Of a DNA stretch of 64,000 nt, positions 29,060-38,431 are shown one piece after another. Position 1 is the stretch's first letter. Every line of letters begins with the position of its first letter. Source of the DNA: an uncultured Gemmatimonadales bacterium (GTDB lineage Bacteria; Gemmatimonadota; Gemmatimonadetes; Longimicrobiales; RSA9); contig CAVUKA010000005.1 of NCBI GenBank assembly GCA_963741945.1, positions 96,001 to 160,000 of the forward strand, given 5' to 3'. The notes below the pieces were generated by a model. The model was not told where the DNA came from and searched no databases. It saw only the letters and a program-made list of their open reading frames with translations. Made by a program: the position numbers and the translations under genes.

Positions 29060-29608
29060 ATGACGGGGGATGCGGAGCTGGTTGCCCGCACCCTGGAAGG
29101 GGACGGTGCGGCGTTCGAGGCGCTCGTGCGGAAGTACACCCGCACCGCGCACGCGGTGGCGCTGGCCGTGGTGAAGGAGCCGGCGGACGCGGACGACGTG
29201 GTACAGGACGCGTTCATCCGTGCGCTGGAGCGGCTGGAGGATTGCCGGGACCCGGGCAAATTCAGCTCCTGGTTCCTGCGGATCGTCCGCAACCGCGCCC
29301 ACAGTGTGCGCCGGTACCTGGGCGTGCGGGAAGCATCGCCGCTGGCTGCCGTGTCGCCCGCGTCGCGGCAGCCGGGCCCGGATCGGGACACGGACCGGTC
29401 GCAGCTCCGGGCCGACCTGCTGTCGGCGCTGGGCGAGCTGACGGAAGTGCAGCGGCAGGTGGTGCTGCTGCACGACCTGGAGGGATGGAAGCACCGGGAG
29501 ATCGGCGATCTCCTGGAGCTGCCGGAAGGGACGGTGCGGGCGCACCTGTTTCACGCGCGCCGCGCGTTGAGGGAAAACGAAGCGCTCCGACGCTCGATGG
29601 AGGACTAG
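29060..29608 (+). CDS. ECF RNA polymerase sigma factor
   Basis: DADDVVQDAF, FSSWFLRI, EIGDLLELPEGTVRAHLFHAR. Confidence 0.92.
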   Translation: MTGDAELVARTLEGDGAAFEALVRKYTRTAHAVALAVVKEPADADDVVQDAFIRALERLEDCRDPGKFSSWFLRIVRNRAHSVRRYLGVREASPLAAVSPASRQPGPDRDTDRSQLRADLLSALGELTEVQRQVVLLHDLEGWKHREIGDLLELPEGTVRAHLFHARRALRENEALRRSMED

Positions 29609-29612
29609 AGAA

Positions 29613-29966
29613 ATGGAACCGCAACGGCTCGATCTATCGCCGCTGGACCCCGCGGGGGACCAGCTCGGCTACGAGCGGCTCGTGCGGCGCATCCTGGATG
29701 CCGCCGCGCCCGAGCTCCACCGCCGCGCGGCGTCCACCACACCGCTGGCCGCCGTCGCCGGCTGGGCTCGCCCCGCCCTCGCGGCCGCCGCCATCATCGC
29801 CGCCATGGCGGCAGGGGCCATGTTCAGCATGACCCGACGCGCCGTCGAGCCGGCATCCACGATGATCGAAGCCATGGGCGTGCCCGCGCCCGCCGCGGAC
29901 TGGCTGGCCGAGGGGCGCGCGCCCACGCGTGGCGACCTCGTGGTCGCCATGGAGCGGCGTCCGTGA
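29613..29966 (+). CDS. putative anti-sigma membrane protein
   Basis: Single TM helix, immediately after the ECF sigma. Confidence 0.65.
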   Translation: MEPQRLDLSPLDPAGDQLGYERLVRRILDAAAPELHRRAASTTPLAAVAGWARPALAAAAIIAAMAAGAMFSMTRRAVEPASTMIEAMGVPAPAADWLAEGRAPTRGDLVVAMERRP

Positions 29967-30391
29967 GCGCCGAGCGCGCCAACAGCCGACGCATGGTCGG
30001 CCTCGGGCTGCTGCTGGCCGTGTTCGTCGCCGGCATCCTCGCCGGCGCCGCCATCGACCGCTTCATCGCCTCCCCGGACCATGGCCGCCGGGCGGAGCGC
30101 CGGGACGACGACCGGCGCCGCTACGTCATCGACCAGGTCGACCTCACGGCCGAGCAGCGCCAGGAGATCGACGCCATCCTCGACCGCCGCGCCACCCGCA
30201 TGCGCGCCCTCTGGCAGGAGGCCTCGCCCCGCCTGGATGCCATCACGGACTCCGCCCGCGTCGAGATCATGGACGTGCTCACGCCCGAGCAGCGGGCCGA
30301 GTACACGCGGCGCCTCCAGGCGAGGGAGGCAGCCGCCCGCGCTCGTCGCCACGAGTCGGGCGACACGGTGAGCGGCGACTCCGGCAGCTGA
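29963..30391 (+). CDS. membrane-anchored Spy/CpxP-like (LTxxQ) protein
   Basis: TM helix, LTAEQ and LTPEQ motifs, GTGA overlap with the upstream gene. Confidence 0.75.
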   Translation: MSAERANSRRMVGLGLLLAVFVAGILAGAAIDRFIASPDHGRRAERRDDDRRRYVIDQVDLTAEQRQEIDAILDRRATRMRALWQEASPRLDAITDSARVEIMDVLTPEQRAEYTRRLQAREAAARARRHESGDTVSGDSGS

Positions 30392-30425
30392 GCCCGCTGG
30401 TCCGCTTCGCCGTCGCGCGGGCTGC

Positions 30426-31394
30426 CTACACGCGCAGCAGCAGCTTCCCGGAAGTTTCCCGCCCCTCCAGCCGCCGGTGCGCCTCGGCCGCGTCCTCGAG
30501 GGGAAGGACGTCGTGGATGCGGACGTGGAGCCGCCCGCTGGCGACGGCGTCCAGCACTTCACCGGCGCGCCACTCCACTTCGGCCCGGTCCAGCGTGTAA
30601 TGGCCGAGCGACGGCCGCGTCAGGAAGAGGGAGCCGCCGGAATTGAGGCGCTGGGGGTCGAACGCCTCCACCTTCCCGCTGGCCTGGCCGTAGAGCACGA
30701 GGTAGCCACGGGGCCGGAGTGACCGGAGGCTGTCTTCGAACGTGGAGCGGCCAACGGAATCGTAGACCACCGTGGCACCGCGGCCGTCGGTGAGCTCCAT
30801 GACTGCGGGCTGGAACGGCTCCTCGGTGTATCGGACCACGTGGTCGGCACCGTGGTCGCGGACGCGCGCGGCCTTCTCCTCGGTGGAGCAGGTGCCGATG
30901 ACGGTGGCGCCCCGGGCCTTGGCCATCTGGACGAGCAGCAGCCCCACGCCGCCGGCCGCCGCATGGACCACGGCCACGTCCTCCGGACCGAGCACGTAGG
31001 TGCTGTTCACCAGGTAATGGGCGGTCATTCCCTGGAGCATGACAGCCGCCGCGTGCTCCAGACTCACCGCCTCCGGTACCCGCACCAGCTTCCACGCGGG
31101 GACAACCACCGCTTCGGCATACGACCCCGGCGCCATTGCCCAGGCGACGCGGTCGCCCACCGCCACGTGCGACACCCCGTCACCGACGGCGTCCACGCGG
31201 CCCGCACCCTCCTGGCCGGAGGTGAACGGCACGTCCCGACCATAGAGCCCGGTGCGGTGATAGACGTCGACGAAGTTCACGCCCGCGAACTCCACGCGCA
31301 CGCGGCCCTCACCCGGCCCCGGCTCCGGCGCCGCGATCTGGGAGAGCTCCATGACTTCGGGACCGCCGGTCCGGCTCACGCGTATCGCGCGCAT
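30426..31394 (-). CDS. qor: NADPH:quinone oxidoreductase
   Basis: AGVNFVD, HAAAGGVG, YDSVG, SLFLTRPSL, GKLLL. Confidence 0.9.
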   Translation of the reverse strand: MRAIRVSRTGGPEVMELSQIAAPEPGPGEGRVRVEFAGVNFVDVYHRTGLYGRDVPFTSGQEGAGRVDAVGDGVSHVAVGDRVAWAMAPGSYAEAVVVPAWKLVRVPEAVSLEHAAAVMLQGMTAHYLVNSTYVLGPEDVAVVHAAAGGVGLLLVQMAKARGATVIGTCSTEEKAARVRDHGADHVVRYTEEPFQPAVMELTDGRGATVVYDSVGRSTFEDSLRSLRPRGYLVLYGQASGKVEAFDPQRLNSGGSLFLTRPSLGHYTLDRAEVEWRAGEVLDAVASGRLHVRIHDVLPLEDAAEAHRRLEGRETSGKLLLRV

Positions 31395-32644
31395 CACACC
31401 TCTCCCTTTCCGGCGGGCGCCCCGCAGCACGCCTCGATCTCCGCGGCCGTGAGCGTGTGGCCCACGCTCTTGGCCAGCTCGAAGACGCGGCGGCAGAGGG
31501 CATCATCGTCGGCGTCGTACCCGTGCTCGGCGAGCCAGTAGCGAACGTTCGACATCCCGCTCATGTGGCTGATCTCGATCTCCTGGCGCCGCCCGAAGAA
31601 GGCGGCGGGAACGCCGGAATAGACACGGTCCGCGAGCCAGTCGTCGCCCTTGTGGCGGGCCTTGATGATGGCGGAGGCGTGGACCCCGGTTCCGGTGCGG
31701 AAGGCGTCCGCTCCGATGACCGGGTAGTTGGCCGGCAGCGGCACGCCCATGGTCTCGGACACCACGGTGCAGTACTCGCCGAGGCGCGACAGGTCGTAGT
31801 CGTGGAGCCCGAGCAGCTTCAGGTTGACCAGCAGCAGGTCCATCTCGATGTTGCCCACCCGCTCGCCCACGCCCAGCGCAGTGCCGTGCACCCGGTCGAC
31901 GCCCTCCTCGATGGCGGCCAGGGCGTTGGGCACGCCCAGGCCGCGATCGCGGTGGCCGTGGAAGTCCACTTTCACGTCCTCACCGCTGGGCTCCACGATC
32001 TCCGACCGGACGAAGCGCACGAGCTGGCGCACGCCGTTCGGCGTGGCATGGCCCACGGTATCCGCCAGGCAGATGCGGCGGGCGCCGTTCTCGATGGCCG
32101 TCCGGTACAACGCCTTGAGCGTTTCGGGACGGGCGCGCGTGCTGTCCTCGGTCACGTACATCACCGGCAGCCCCTCGGCCACGGCGAAGCGCACGGCATC
32201 CTCCGTGACGCGCAGCATCCGGTCGAGCGTCCACTCCTCCGCATACTGCCGGATGGGCGAGGATCCGATGAACGTGCACGCCTCGATGGAGATGCCCACC
32301 TCCTGGCTGATGCGGGCGATCGGTTCGATGTCCGCCCGCACCGTCCGGGCGGCGCAGTTGGGCCGGATCGCCATCCCCTGCTGCGCGATCTCCGTGGCCA
32401 GCGCCCGGACATCCGCCACGGCCCTGGGGCCGGCGCCCGGCAGACCAATGTCGGCGCTGTGGATCCCCAGCGCCTCCATGAGGTGCAGGATGCGGATCTT
32501 GTCCGCGATGCCAGGGTCCCGCGCGGACGGCGATTGCAGCCCGTCGCGCAGCGTTTCATCATCCAGTTCGACAGGGCGAAGCGCGCCATAGTCGAACGCG
32601 TCGCCGACAGTGTTCCAGTCGTGGATGAGTTCGCGCTCGTCCAT
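31394..32644 (-). CDS. LeuA-family (DRE-TIM) acyl-CoA condensing enzyme lacking a regulatory domain
   Basis: DETLRDGLQ, LADTVG, HGH, GERVGN motifs; ~416 aa. Confidence 0.85.
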   Translation of the reverse strand: MDERELIHDWNTVGDAFDYGALRPVELDDETLRDGLQSPSARDPGIADKIRILHLMEALGIHSADIGLPGAGPRAVADVRALATEIAQQGMAIRPNCAARTVRADIEPIARISQEVGISIEACTFIGSSPIRQYAEEWTLDRMLRVTEDAVRFAVAEGLPVMYVTEDSTRARPETLKALYRTAIENGARRICLADTVGHATPNGVRQLVRFVRSEIVEPSGEDVKVDFHGHRDRGLGVPNALAAIEEGVDRVHGTALGVGERVGNIEMDLLLVNLKLLGLHDYDLSRLGEYCTVVSETMGVPLPANYPVIGADAFRTGTGVHASAIIKARHKGDDWLADRVYSGVPAAFFGRRQEIEISHMSGMSNVRYWLAEHGYDADDDALCRRVFELAKSVGHTLTAAEIEACCGAPAGKGEV

Positions 32645-32776
32645 GTCGATGCCCTTGTTGTTGCGGGAGGAGCTACTGCATCTAGACGGCAACGCGCGGG
32701 CCTGCTCGCGGATCATGCTGGGAAGCGGAAGATGCCGCGAACACGGGCACGCTGTAAAGCCCGCGGGCGGCCGGGG

Positions 32777-33766
32777 CTACTCCTCGATCGTCGAATCCGG
32801 CGCCACGTTCACCGTGCCGGTCACGCCGCGCACGACGGCGCGGTCCCCGATGATGCTGTCGTGCAGCTCACACTGCTCGATCATGGCGCCACGCCCCACG
32901 ATGCAGTCGCGCAGGGTGGAGCCGCTGATGGCCGCCCCCTCTTCCACGGTCACGTTCGGGCCAATGCGCGAGTGCCGCAGCGTCACGCCCTCCTCCACCC
33001 GCACGGGCGCCGTCACCCGTGACGACACGGCGCCGCGGGGTGCCCGAGCGCGGCTGGTCTCCAGCAGGTGGCCGTTGGTGGCGATGAGCGTCTCCGGCTT
33101 CCCGCAGTCGTACCACCCCGCCACTTCCGCGGTACGGATCCTGGCGCCGTGGTCGATCATGTACTGGAACGCGTCCGTGAGGTAGTACTCCCCGCCCGGA
33201 CCGAGCGTGTGCTTCAGTGTGTCGCGGATCCCTTCGAACAGCATGGTCGAGTCGCGGATGTAGTAGAGGCCGATGTTGGCCAGCTTCGAGATCGGGTCCT
33301 TCGGCTTCTCGATGATCCGCTGCATGTATCCCCGGTCGTCCGTCAGGATCACGCCGAAGCGCTGGTAGTCCTCCACCTCCTTCGCCCAGATCACGCCGGC
33401 CTCGTCCGCCGGCAGGTCCCCGATGATGGAGAGGTCGGCGTCGAAGAGGGTGTCCACGAATATGATGAGGGCGTCGTCGTCGATGTACGGCTCCGCCAGC
33501 CTCACCGCGCCCGCCGTCCCGTCCTGGACCTTCTGCTCCACGTAGTGCACCGTGAAGCCGGGGTATTCCCGGGCGATGTAGTCCTCGATGTGCTCCTTCA
33601 GGTACCCCGTGATGAAGACGATCTCCTCCACCCCGAGCTCCTTCAGGTCGTCCAGGATGTAGCTCATCACGGGACGTCCGCCCACGCGCACGAGCGGCTT
33701 CGGCGTGGCATAGGTGTGCGGACGCAGGCGCGTCCCCTTGCCTGCCAGCGGGATGACGACCTTCAC
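32777..33766 (-). CDS. sugar-phosphate nucleotidyltransferase with C-terminal hexapeptide repeats
   Basis: LAGKGTRLRPHT...PKPL, EKP, WYDCG; GAGGAG RBS. Confidence 0.92.
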   Translation of the reverse strand: MKVVIPLAGKGTRLRPHTYATPKPLVRVGGRPVMSYILDDLKELGVEEIVFITGYLKEHIEDYIAREYPGFTVHYVEQKVQDGTAGAVRLAEPYIDDDALIIFVDTLFDADLSIIGDLPADEAGVIWAKEVEDYQRFGVILTDDRGYMQRIIEKPKDPISKLANIGLYYIRDSTMLFEGIRDTLKHTLGPGGEYYLTDAFQYMIDHGARIRTAEVAGWYDCGKPETLIATNGHLLETSRARAPRGAVSSRVTAPVRVEEGVTLRHSRIGPNVTVEEGAAISGSTLRDCIVGRGAMIEQCELHDSIIGDRAVVRGVTGTVNVAPDSTIEE

Positions 33767-33912
33767 CTCGGCTCCTCGTTCGGGTTCGTCCGGTACGGCG
33801 GTTGCGCGGGCATGCAAGCCCGGTACCCCGCGCCGGCAGAATACCCGCCGGGCACCGGACGCGTCAACGCGACATCCTCGCGCGGGGTCGGCGTCGCTTC
33901 TATCTTTTCGGC

Positions 33913-34650
33913 ATGATGAGAACAGTCACGATTTTCGTTGCGGCCGCGCTGACCGGCTGCGCATCGCTGCCCGCGACCACGGCCGCGCAGCAGCCGGAGC
34001 CCGGCGTGCCTTCCGTCACGCGCAGCATCCAGGTGAACGCGCAGGCATCGGTTGCGCGGGTGCCCGACAGGGCCACCGTGGAGCTGGCGGTGGAGACCAC
34101 GGCGAAGACGGCGCAGGAGGCCGCGGCCCAGAACGCGCGGGCCATGAAGGCCGTGCTCGATGCGGTGCGCGCCGTCGGCGTGCCCGAGCGCAACATCCGG
34201 ACGCGCCGCGTGGAGCTTTCGCCGCGCTACAACAATCCTGGCCCGGACGCGACGCGCTCCATCATGGGCTACCAGGCCACGAACCAGGTCAGTGTGCGCC
34301 TCGAGGAGCTGGATCGCCTGGGCGCGGTGATCGATGCGGCGGTCGCGGCCGGCGCGAACCGGGTCACCGGCGTCCGCTTCGAGCTGGCGGAGCCCGACGA
34401 TGCGTACCGGGAAGCCCTGCGCGCGGCCATCACGCGGGCCACGAGTGAAGCCCGCACCATCGCCGACGCGCTGGGCGAGACGCTCGGGCCGCCACTGGAA
34501 GTCTCCACGGGCGGGTTCTCGCCGCCGTCCATGCCGATGGCCATGGAGTCGGCGAGGATGCGGACGGCTGGCGACTTCGCACCGCCCGTCCAGCCGGGCG
34601 AGATGGAGATCCAGGCCAGCGTGAGCATTCGATTCCGCCTGGGGACGTGA
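33913..34650 (+). CDS. SIMPL (DUF541) domain lipoprotein
   Basis: LTGC lipobox, PDRA, GYQATN, AGANRV, PGE motifs. Confidence 0.88.
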   Translation: MMRTVTIFVAAALTGCASLPATTAAQQPEPGVPSVTRSIQVNAQASVARVPDRATVELAVETTAKTAQEAAAQNARAMKAVLDAVRAVGVPERNIRTRRVELSPRYNNPGPDATRSIMGYQATNQVSVRLEELDRLGAVIDAAVAAGANRVTGVRFELAEPDDAYREALRAAITRATSEARTIADALGETLGPPLEVSTGGFSPPSMPMAMESARMRTAGDFAPPVQPGEMEIQASVSIRFRLGT

Positions 34651-35075
34651 CATCCGACCGGCTGCAGTCGCTGTGGGTCGGGCTGACGCGGAACGTGGCG
34701 TTCACCGCCCCGACCTCCGACGACCCGCGCCTTCGCGGGCGCACGTACGCCATCCCGTTCGACGACGTGTGGCGGGCCTCCGTGCGGCTCGTGGCCGGCG
34801 GGCTCCGCCACTGGGAGCTGCTGGAGTCCGATGACGAGGACGGGATCATCCGGGGCGCGGTCCACGGGCGCATCCACGCTTTCGACAGCGCGGTGACCAT
34901 CCGGATCACGCTGGACCTGGATGCGCAGACGCGCGTGGACGCACTGGCGGCGGCCCTCACCGGGGGCGGCGACCTGGGCGCCGGGGTCCGCCGGCTCCGT
35001 CGCTTTTTCGCGGCCCTGGACGGCGAGCTCGGGCGGGCCCGTGGTGGGCGCATCGATTCCGCTCGCCTGGCCTGA
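34647..35075 (+). CDS. DUF1499-like protein
   Basis: GLTRNVA...LRGRTY...GDLG pattern; GTGA coupling to the upstream gene. Confidence 0.65.
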   Translation: MTSDRLQSLWVGLTRNVAFTAPTSDDPRLRGRTYAIPFDDVWRASVRLVAGGLRHWELLESDDEDGIIRGAVHGRIHAFDSAVTIRITLDLDAQTRVDALAAALTGGGDLGAGVRRLRRFFAALDGELGRARGGRIDSARLA

Positions 35076-35092
35076 GGCGCGGCTCCCGCCTG

Positions 35093-35908
35093 GTGATCGA
35101 TTTCCACACCCACCCCTGGCTCCCGCGCTTCCTGAACCCGGGGACGGAAGCGTTCATCCGCGGGATCTCGCCCGCAGTGGCCGAGCACGGCGACCAGCTC
35201 TCGGACCCGTCGTACGCGGCGGAAGTGCTGCGGTCGCAGGGAGTGGAGCGCGCCGTGGTCCTGCCGGAGCACTGCCGGGAATCGTCCGGCGACGTGCGCA
35301 CCGAGACGGTGCTGGCGTTCTGCGCTGCGGAGCCCGGCTTCTACACCCCGTTCGCCAGCGTGAATCCGAACCTGGATCCGGACCCGGGCGCGCTGTTGAG
35401 GACCTACATCGCGGCCGGTGCCCGGGGCCTGAAGCTCTACCCGTCGTACCAGTTCTTCCACCCGGACGAGCCCCGGCTCTATCCGATCTACGAAGCGTGC
35501 GTCGACACGGGCATCCCCCTGCTCCTGCACGTGGGCAGCTCCGTGCTCCCCGGCACGCGCCTCGAGTACTGCAACCCCGTCCATCTCGGACCCGTCGCGC
35601 GCGACTTCCCCGACCTGCGCATTGTCATGGCGCACGGGGGGCGCGGCCACTGGTACGACGAGTGCGCCCGCATGGTGGAGACGCACGAGCGCGTGTACAT
35701 CGACGTTGCCGGCCTCGTCCCCGCGCGCCTGCTCGAGCACTTCCCCTCCCTCGCCGCCCTGCCCGAGCGATTCGTCTTCGGCAGCGATTGGCCGGCCATG
35801 CCCAAGAGCGTGGCACACAACGTCGCAGCGATCCGGCAGCTCGGTCTCGGACCGGCCGCCGAGCGGCTCGTTCTGCGCGACAACGCCGCCCGACTGCTGC
35901 GCCTCTGA
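35093..35908 (+). CDS. amidohydrolase_2 family metal-dependent hydrolase
   Basis: IDFHTH, GLKLYP, LHVG, AHGG, FGSDWP. Confidence 0.9.
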   Translation: MIDFHTHPWLPRFLNPGTEAFIRGISPAVAEHGDQLSDPSYAAEVLRSQGVERAVVLPEHCRESSGDVRTETVLAFCAAEPGFYTPFASVNPNLDPDPGALLRTYIAAGARGLKLYPSYQFFHPDEPRLYPIYEACVDTGIPLLLHVGSSVLPGTRLEYCNPVHLGPVARDFPDLRIVMAHGGRGHWYDECARMVETHERVYIDVAGLVPARLLEHFPSLAALPERFVFGSDWPAMPKSVAHNVAAIRQLGLGPAAERLVLRDNAARLLRL

Positions 35909-35995
35909 CGCCCGCCGGGCGCCACGTCGCTGGTCCCGAACGTGCAGCCCCCTGAAGGACCGGCACCCCGACTCTCTCGAACGACCCGCGAGGCA

Positions 35996-38410
35996 ATGGC
36001 GCAAAAGAGAAAGACCGATACACTGCCGTTGATGCCGCTCCGTAGCACGGTGGTGTACCCGTCCGCCGCCATGTCGGTGCAGATCGGCATGCCGGAGACG
36101 CTCGCAATGCTGGACGCGTTTCCGGGCGACGCCCTGGAGGTGGTGACCGTGTTCGATCCCGGGGGCGCGGATGAGCCGGTCGACCGTGACAAGCTGGTGA
36201 AGATCGGGGTGCGATCGAGGCTGACGGACCGGCTCTACATGCCGGGCGGCTCCGTCCAGGCCACCGTTCAGGGTGTCCAGCGAGTCCGGATCCGGAGCGT
36301 GGAGCAGCGCGATGGCTATTACATGGGCACCATCGAGGCGGTGCTTGAGAAGGAGCCCGCGCCCGAGGAGGCGGAGGAGGTCATCACCCGTATCCTGACG
36401 GCGCTCGACACGCTGGCGGCGGAGATCGAGCGCATCTCCGCGGAGATCCCGGCCGTGCTGCGGATGAACGTGGGCAAGCCCGGCCGGTTCGCGGACCTCG
36501 TCGCCACGCTCGCCCACTTCACCGTACCCGGGAAGGACGAGGTGCTCCAGCGCCTGGACGTGCGCGCGCGGCTGCGCTTCGTGCTGCGTGAGCTGGAGGC
36601 GGCCGTGGCGCGGGTGGAAGAGACCGAGGCAGCGGCCGCGGAGGCGACAACGGAACGGAAGCCGCGGGAGCGGGCTGCGGACCTGCGTCGCCAGATCCGG
36701 CGGCTGGAGGTGCAGCTCGGGCGGCTGGACCCGGCGGAGCGCGAGGCGGTGCAGCTGCTGCAGCGCCTCGAGGCATCGCACCTCCCCGCGCGCATCGCCA
36801 GCCGCGCGCGGCAGGAGGTGGAGCGGCTGCGCACAGCCGGAGCCGCGGGGCCGGAAGCCGACGAGATCCGCGCGTACGTGGACTGGCTCCTCCACATGCC
36901 GTGGGACAAGTGCTCCACGGACGGACCGTCCCGGATCGACCTGGAGGGCGTTCGCACCGCCCTGGATGAGCGGCTGCTCGGACTCGAGGAGCCGAAGGAG
37001 CGGCTGCTGGACGACCTGGCCGTGGCGCGGCTGCGCGGTGACCTGCGCGGTCCCATCCCCTGCATCGTCGGACCCCCCGACGTGGGCAAGAGCGCGCTCG
37101 TGGCCGCAATGGCCGCAGGGCTGGGCCGCTCTGTCGCCCGGATCGACCTGGGCGGACGCGGTGAGGCCGAGCTGGTGGGCGCCCGCCGCACGCAGCGCGA
37201 TGCCGCGCCCGGCAAGCTCGCGGCCGCGTTCCGCGACCTGGGCGCCTGCGATCCCGTGCTGGTCCTGGACGAGATCGACCTGATCGGGCTCGGGAAAGTG
37301 GAGGGCGACCCCGTAGCCGCACTGGAGGAAGCGCTGGCCTGGGAGACGCGCTCGGCGTTCGTGGACCGCTATCTGGACGTGGAGCTCGACCTCTCCCGCG
37401 CGGTCATCGTGGCCATTGCGCAGGACTTTCAGCGCATCCCCCGCGACTTGCGGGAGAAGCTGGTGGAAATCCGGCTGGCCGGCTACACGCCAGAGGAGAA
37501 GGTGGCCATCGCCCGGGAGAAGCTGCTTCCCCTGATGGTGGCCGAGCACGGCCTCGACTCCGACGACGTGGTCTTCTCCGACGCGGCCCTCTTCGACCTC
37601 ATCCGCGGCTACGCCCGCGACTCGGGGATGGAGCGCACGCGCCGCACGCTCGCCACACTGCTGCGCACCCGCGCTCGCGCGAAAGCGGGCGGCGATGAGG
37701 GGGTCTGGGTATTCGACGACGAGCGAATCGAAGAGATCCTCGGACCCGTCCGCTACGTGGCCACGCCGGCCGAGAGCGCACCGGAAGTGGGCGTCGTCAC
37801 CGGGCTCGCCTGGACGGCTTCCGGTGGCGAGCTGCTCTTCATCGAGGCCCTCCAGATGCCGGGGTCCGGACGCCTCATCATCACCGGCTACCTGGGCGAC
37901 GTCATGCGCGAGTCGGTGACCGCGGCCTATTCCTACGTCCGGAGCCGGGCCCCGGACCTCGGGATCCAGGACCTGGATTTCGGCGAGATCGACGTTCACG
38001 TCCACTTCCCCGTCGGCGCGGTCCCCAAGGATGGACCGTCCGCCGGCATTGCCGTGACGCTCGCCGTCGCCTCCTCCCTGGCCGGGCTACCCGTCCGTCA
38101 CGACATTGCCATGACCGGCGAAGTGACGCTGCGGGGCAAGGTCCTGGAAGTGGGCGGGATCAAGGAGAAGGTCCTGGCTGCCTACCGGGCGGGCATCCGC
38201 CAGGTCATCCTCCCCGCCGGCAACGAGCGGGACCTGCGGGATGTGCCCGATGCAGCGCGCCGGAAGACCCGGTTCCACTTCGTGGAGAGCATGGACCAGG
38301 TGCTCGACCTCGCCCTCATGCGCAAGCCCGAGCTCGCCGAAGGCGGCACACCTCGCCCCAAGAAGGACCGCCCCGATCGGGCCGAGAAACGGGCGGCGCA
38401 GGAACGGTAG
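35996..38410 (+). CDS. lon: Lon-family protease with divergent AAA+ module
   Basis: Lon N domain, GPPDVGKS, LDEID, PKDGPSAG, TGEV...GGIKEK. Confidence 0.9.
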   Translation: MAQKRKTDTLPLMPLRSTVVYPSAAMSVQIGMPETLAMLDAFPGDALEVVTVFDPGGADEPVDRDKLVKIGVRSRLTDRLYMPGGSVQATVQGVQRVRIRSVEQRDGYYMGTIEAVLEKEPAPEEAEEVITRILTALDTLAAEIERISAEIPAVLRMNVGKPGRFADLVATLAHFTVPGKDEVLQRLDVRARLRFVLRELEAAVARVEETEAAAAEATTERKPRERAADLRRQIRRLEVQLGRLDPAEREAVQLLQRLEASHLPARIASRARQEVERLRTAGAAGPEADEIRAYVDWLLHMPWDKCSTDGPSRIDLEGVRTALDERLLGLEEPKERLLDDLAVARLRGDLRGPIPCIVGPPDVGKSALVAAMAAGLGRSVARIDLGGRGEAELVGARRTQRDAAPGKLAAAFRDLGACDPVLVLDEIDLIGLGKVEGDPVAALEEALAWETRSAFVDRYLDVELDLSRAVIVAIAQDFQRIPRDLREKLVEIRLAGYTPEEKVAIAREKLLPLMVAEHGLDSDDVVFSDAALFDLIRGYARDSGMERTRRTLATLLRTRARAKAGGDEGVWVFDDERIEEILGPVRYVATPAESAPEVGVVTGLAWTASGGELLFIEALQMPGSGRLIITGYLGDVMRESVTAAYSYVRSRAPDLGIQDLDFGEIDVHVHFPVGAVPKDGPSAGIAVTLAVASSLAGLPVRHDIAMTGEVTLRGKVLEVGGIKEKVLAAYRAGIRQVILPAGNERDLRDVPDAARRKTRFHFVESMDQVLDLALMRKPELAEGGTPRPKKDRPDRAEKRAAQER

Positions 38411-38431
38411 GCCGCGCGAGATCCAGCCTCC

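Noticed and set aside
34430-38005. 1191-aa minus-strand ORF (and many similar long shadow ORFs)
   Set aside because: Antisense to well-supported genes (lon, amidohydrolase); expected in high-GC DNA; no motifs
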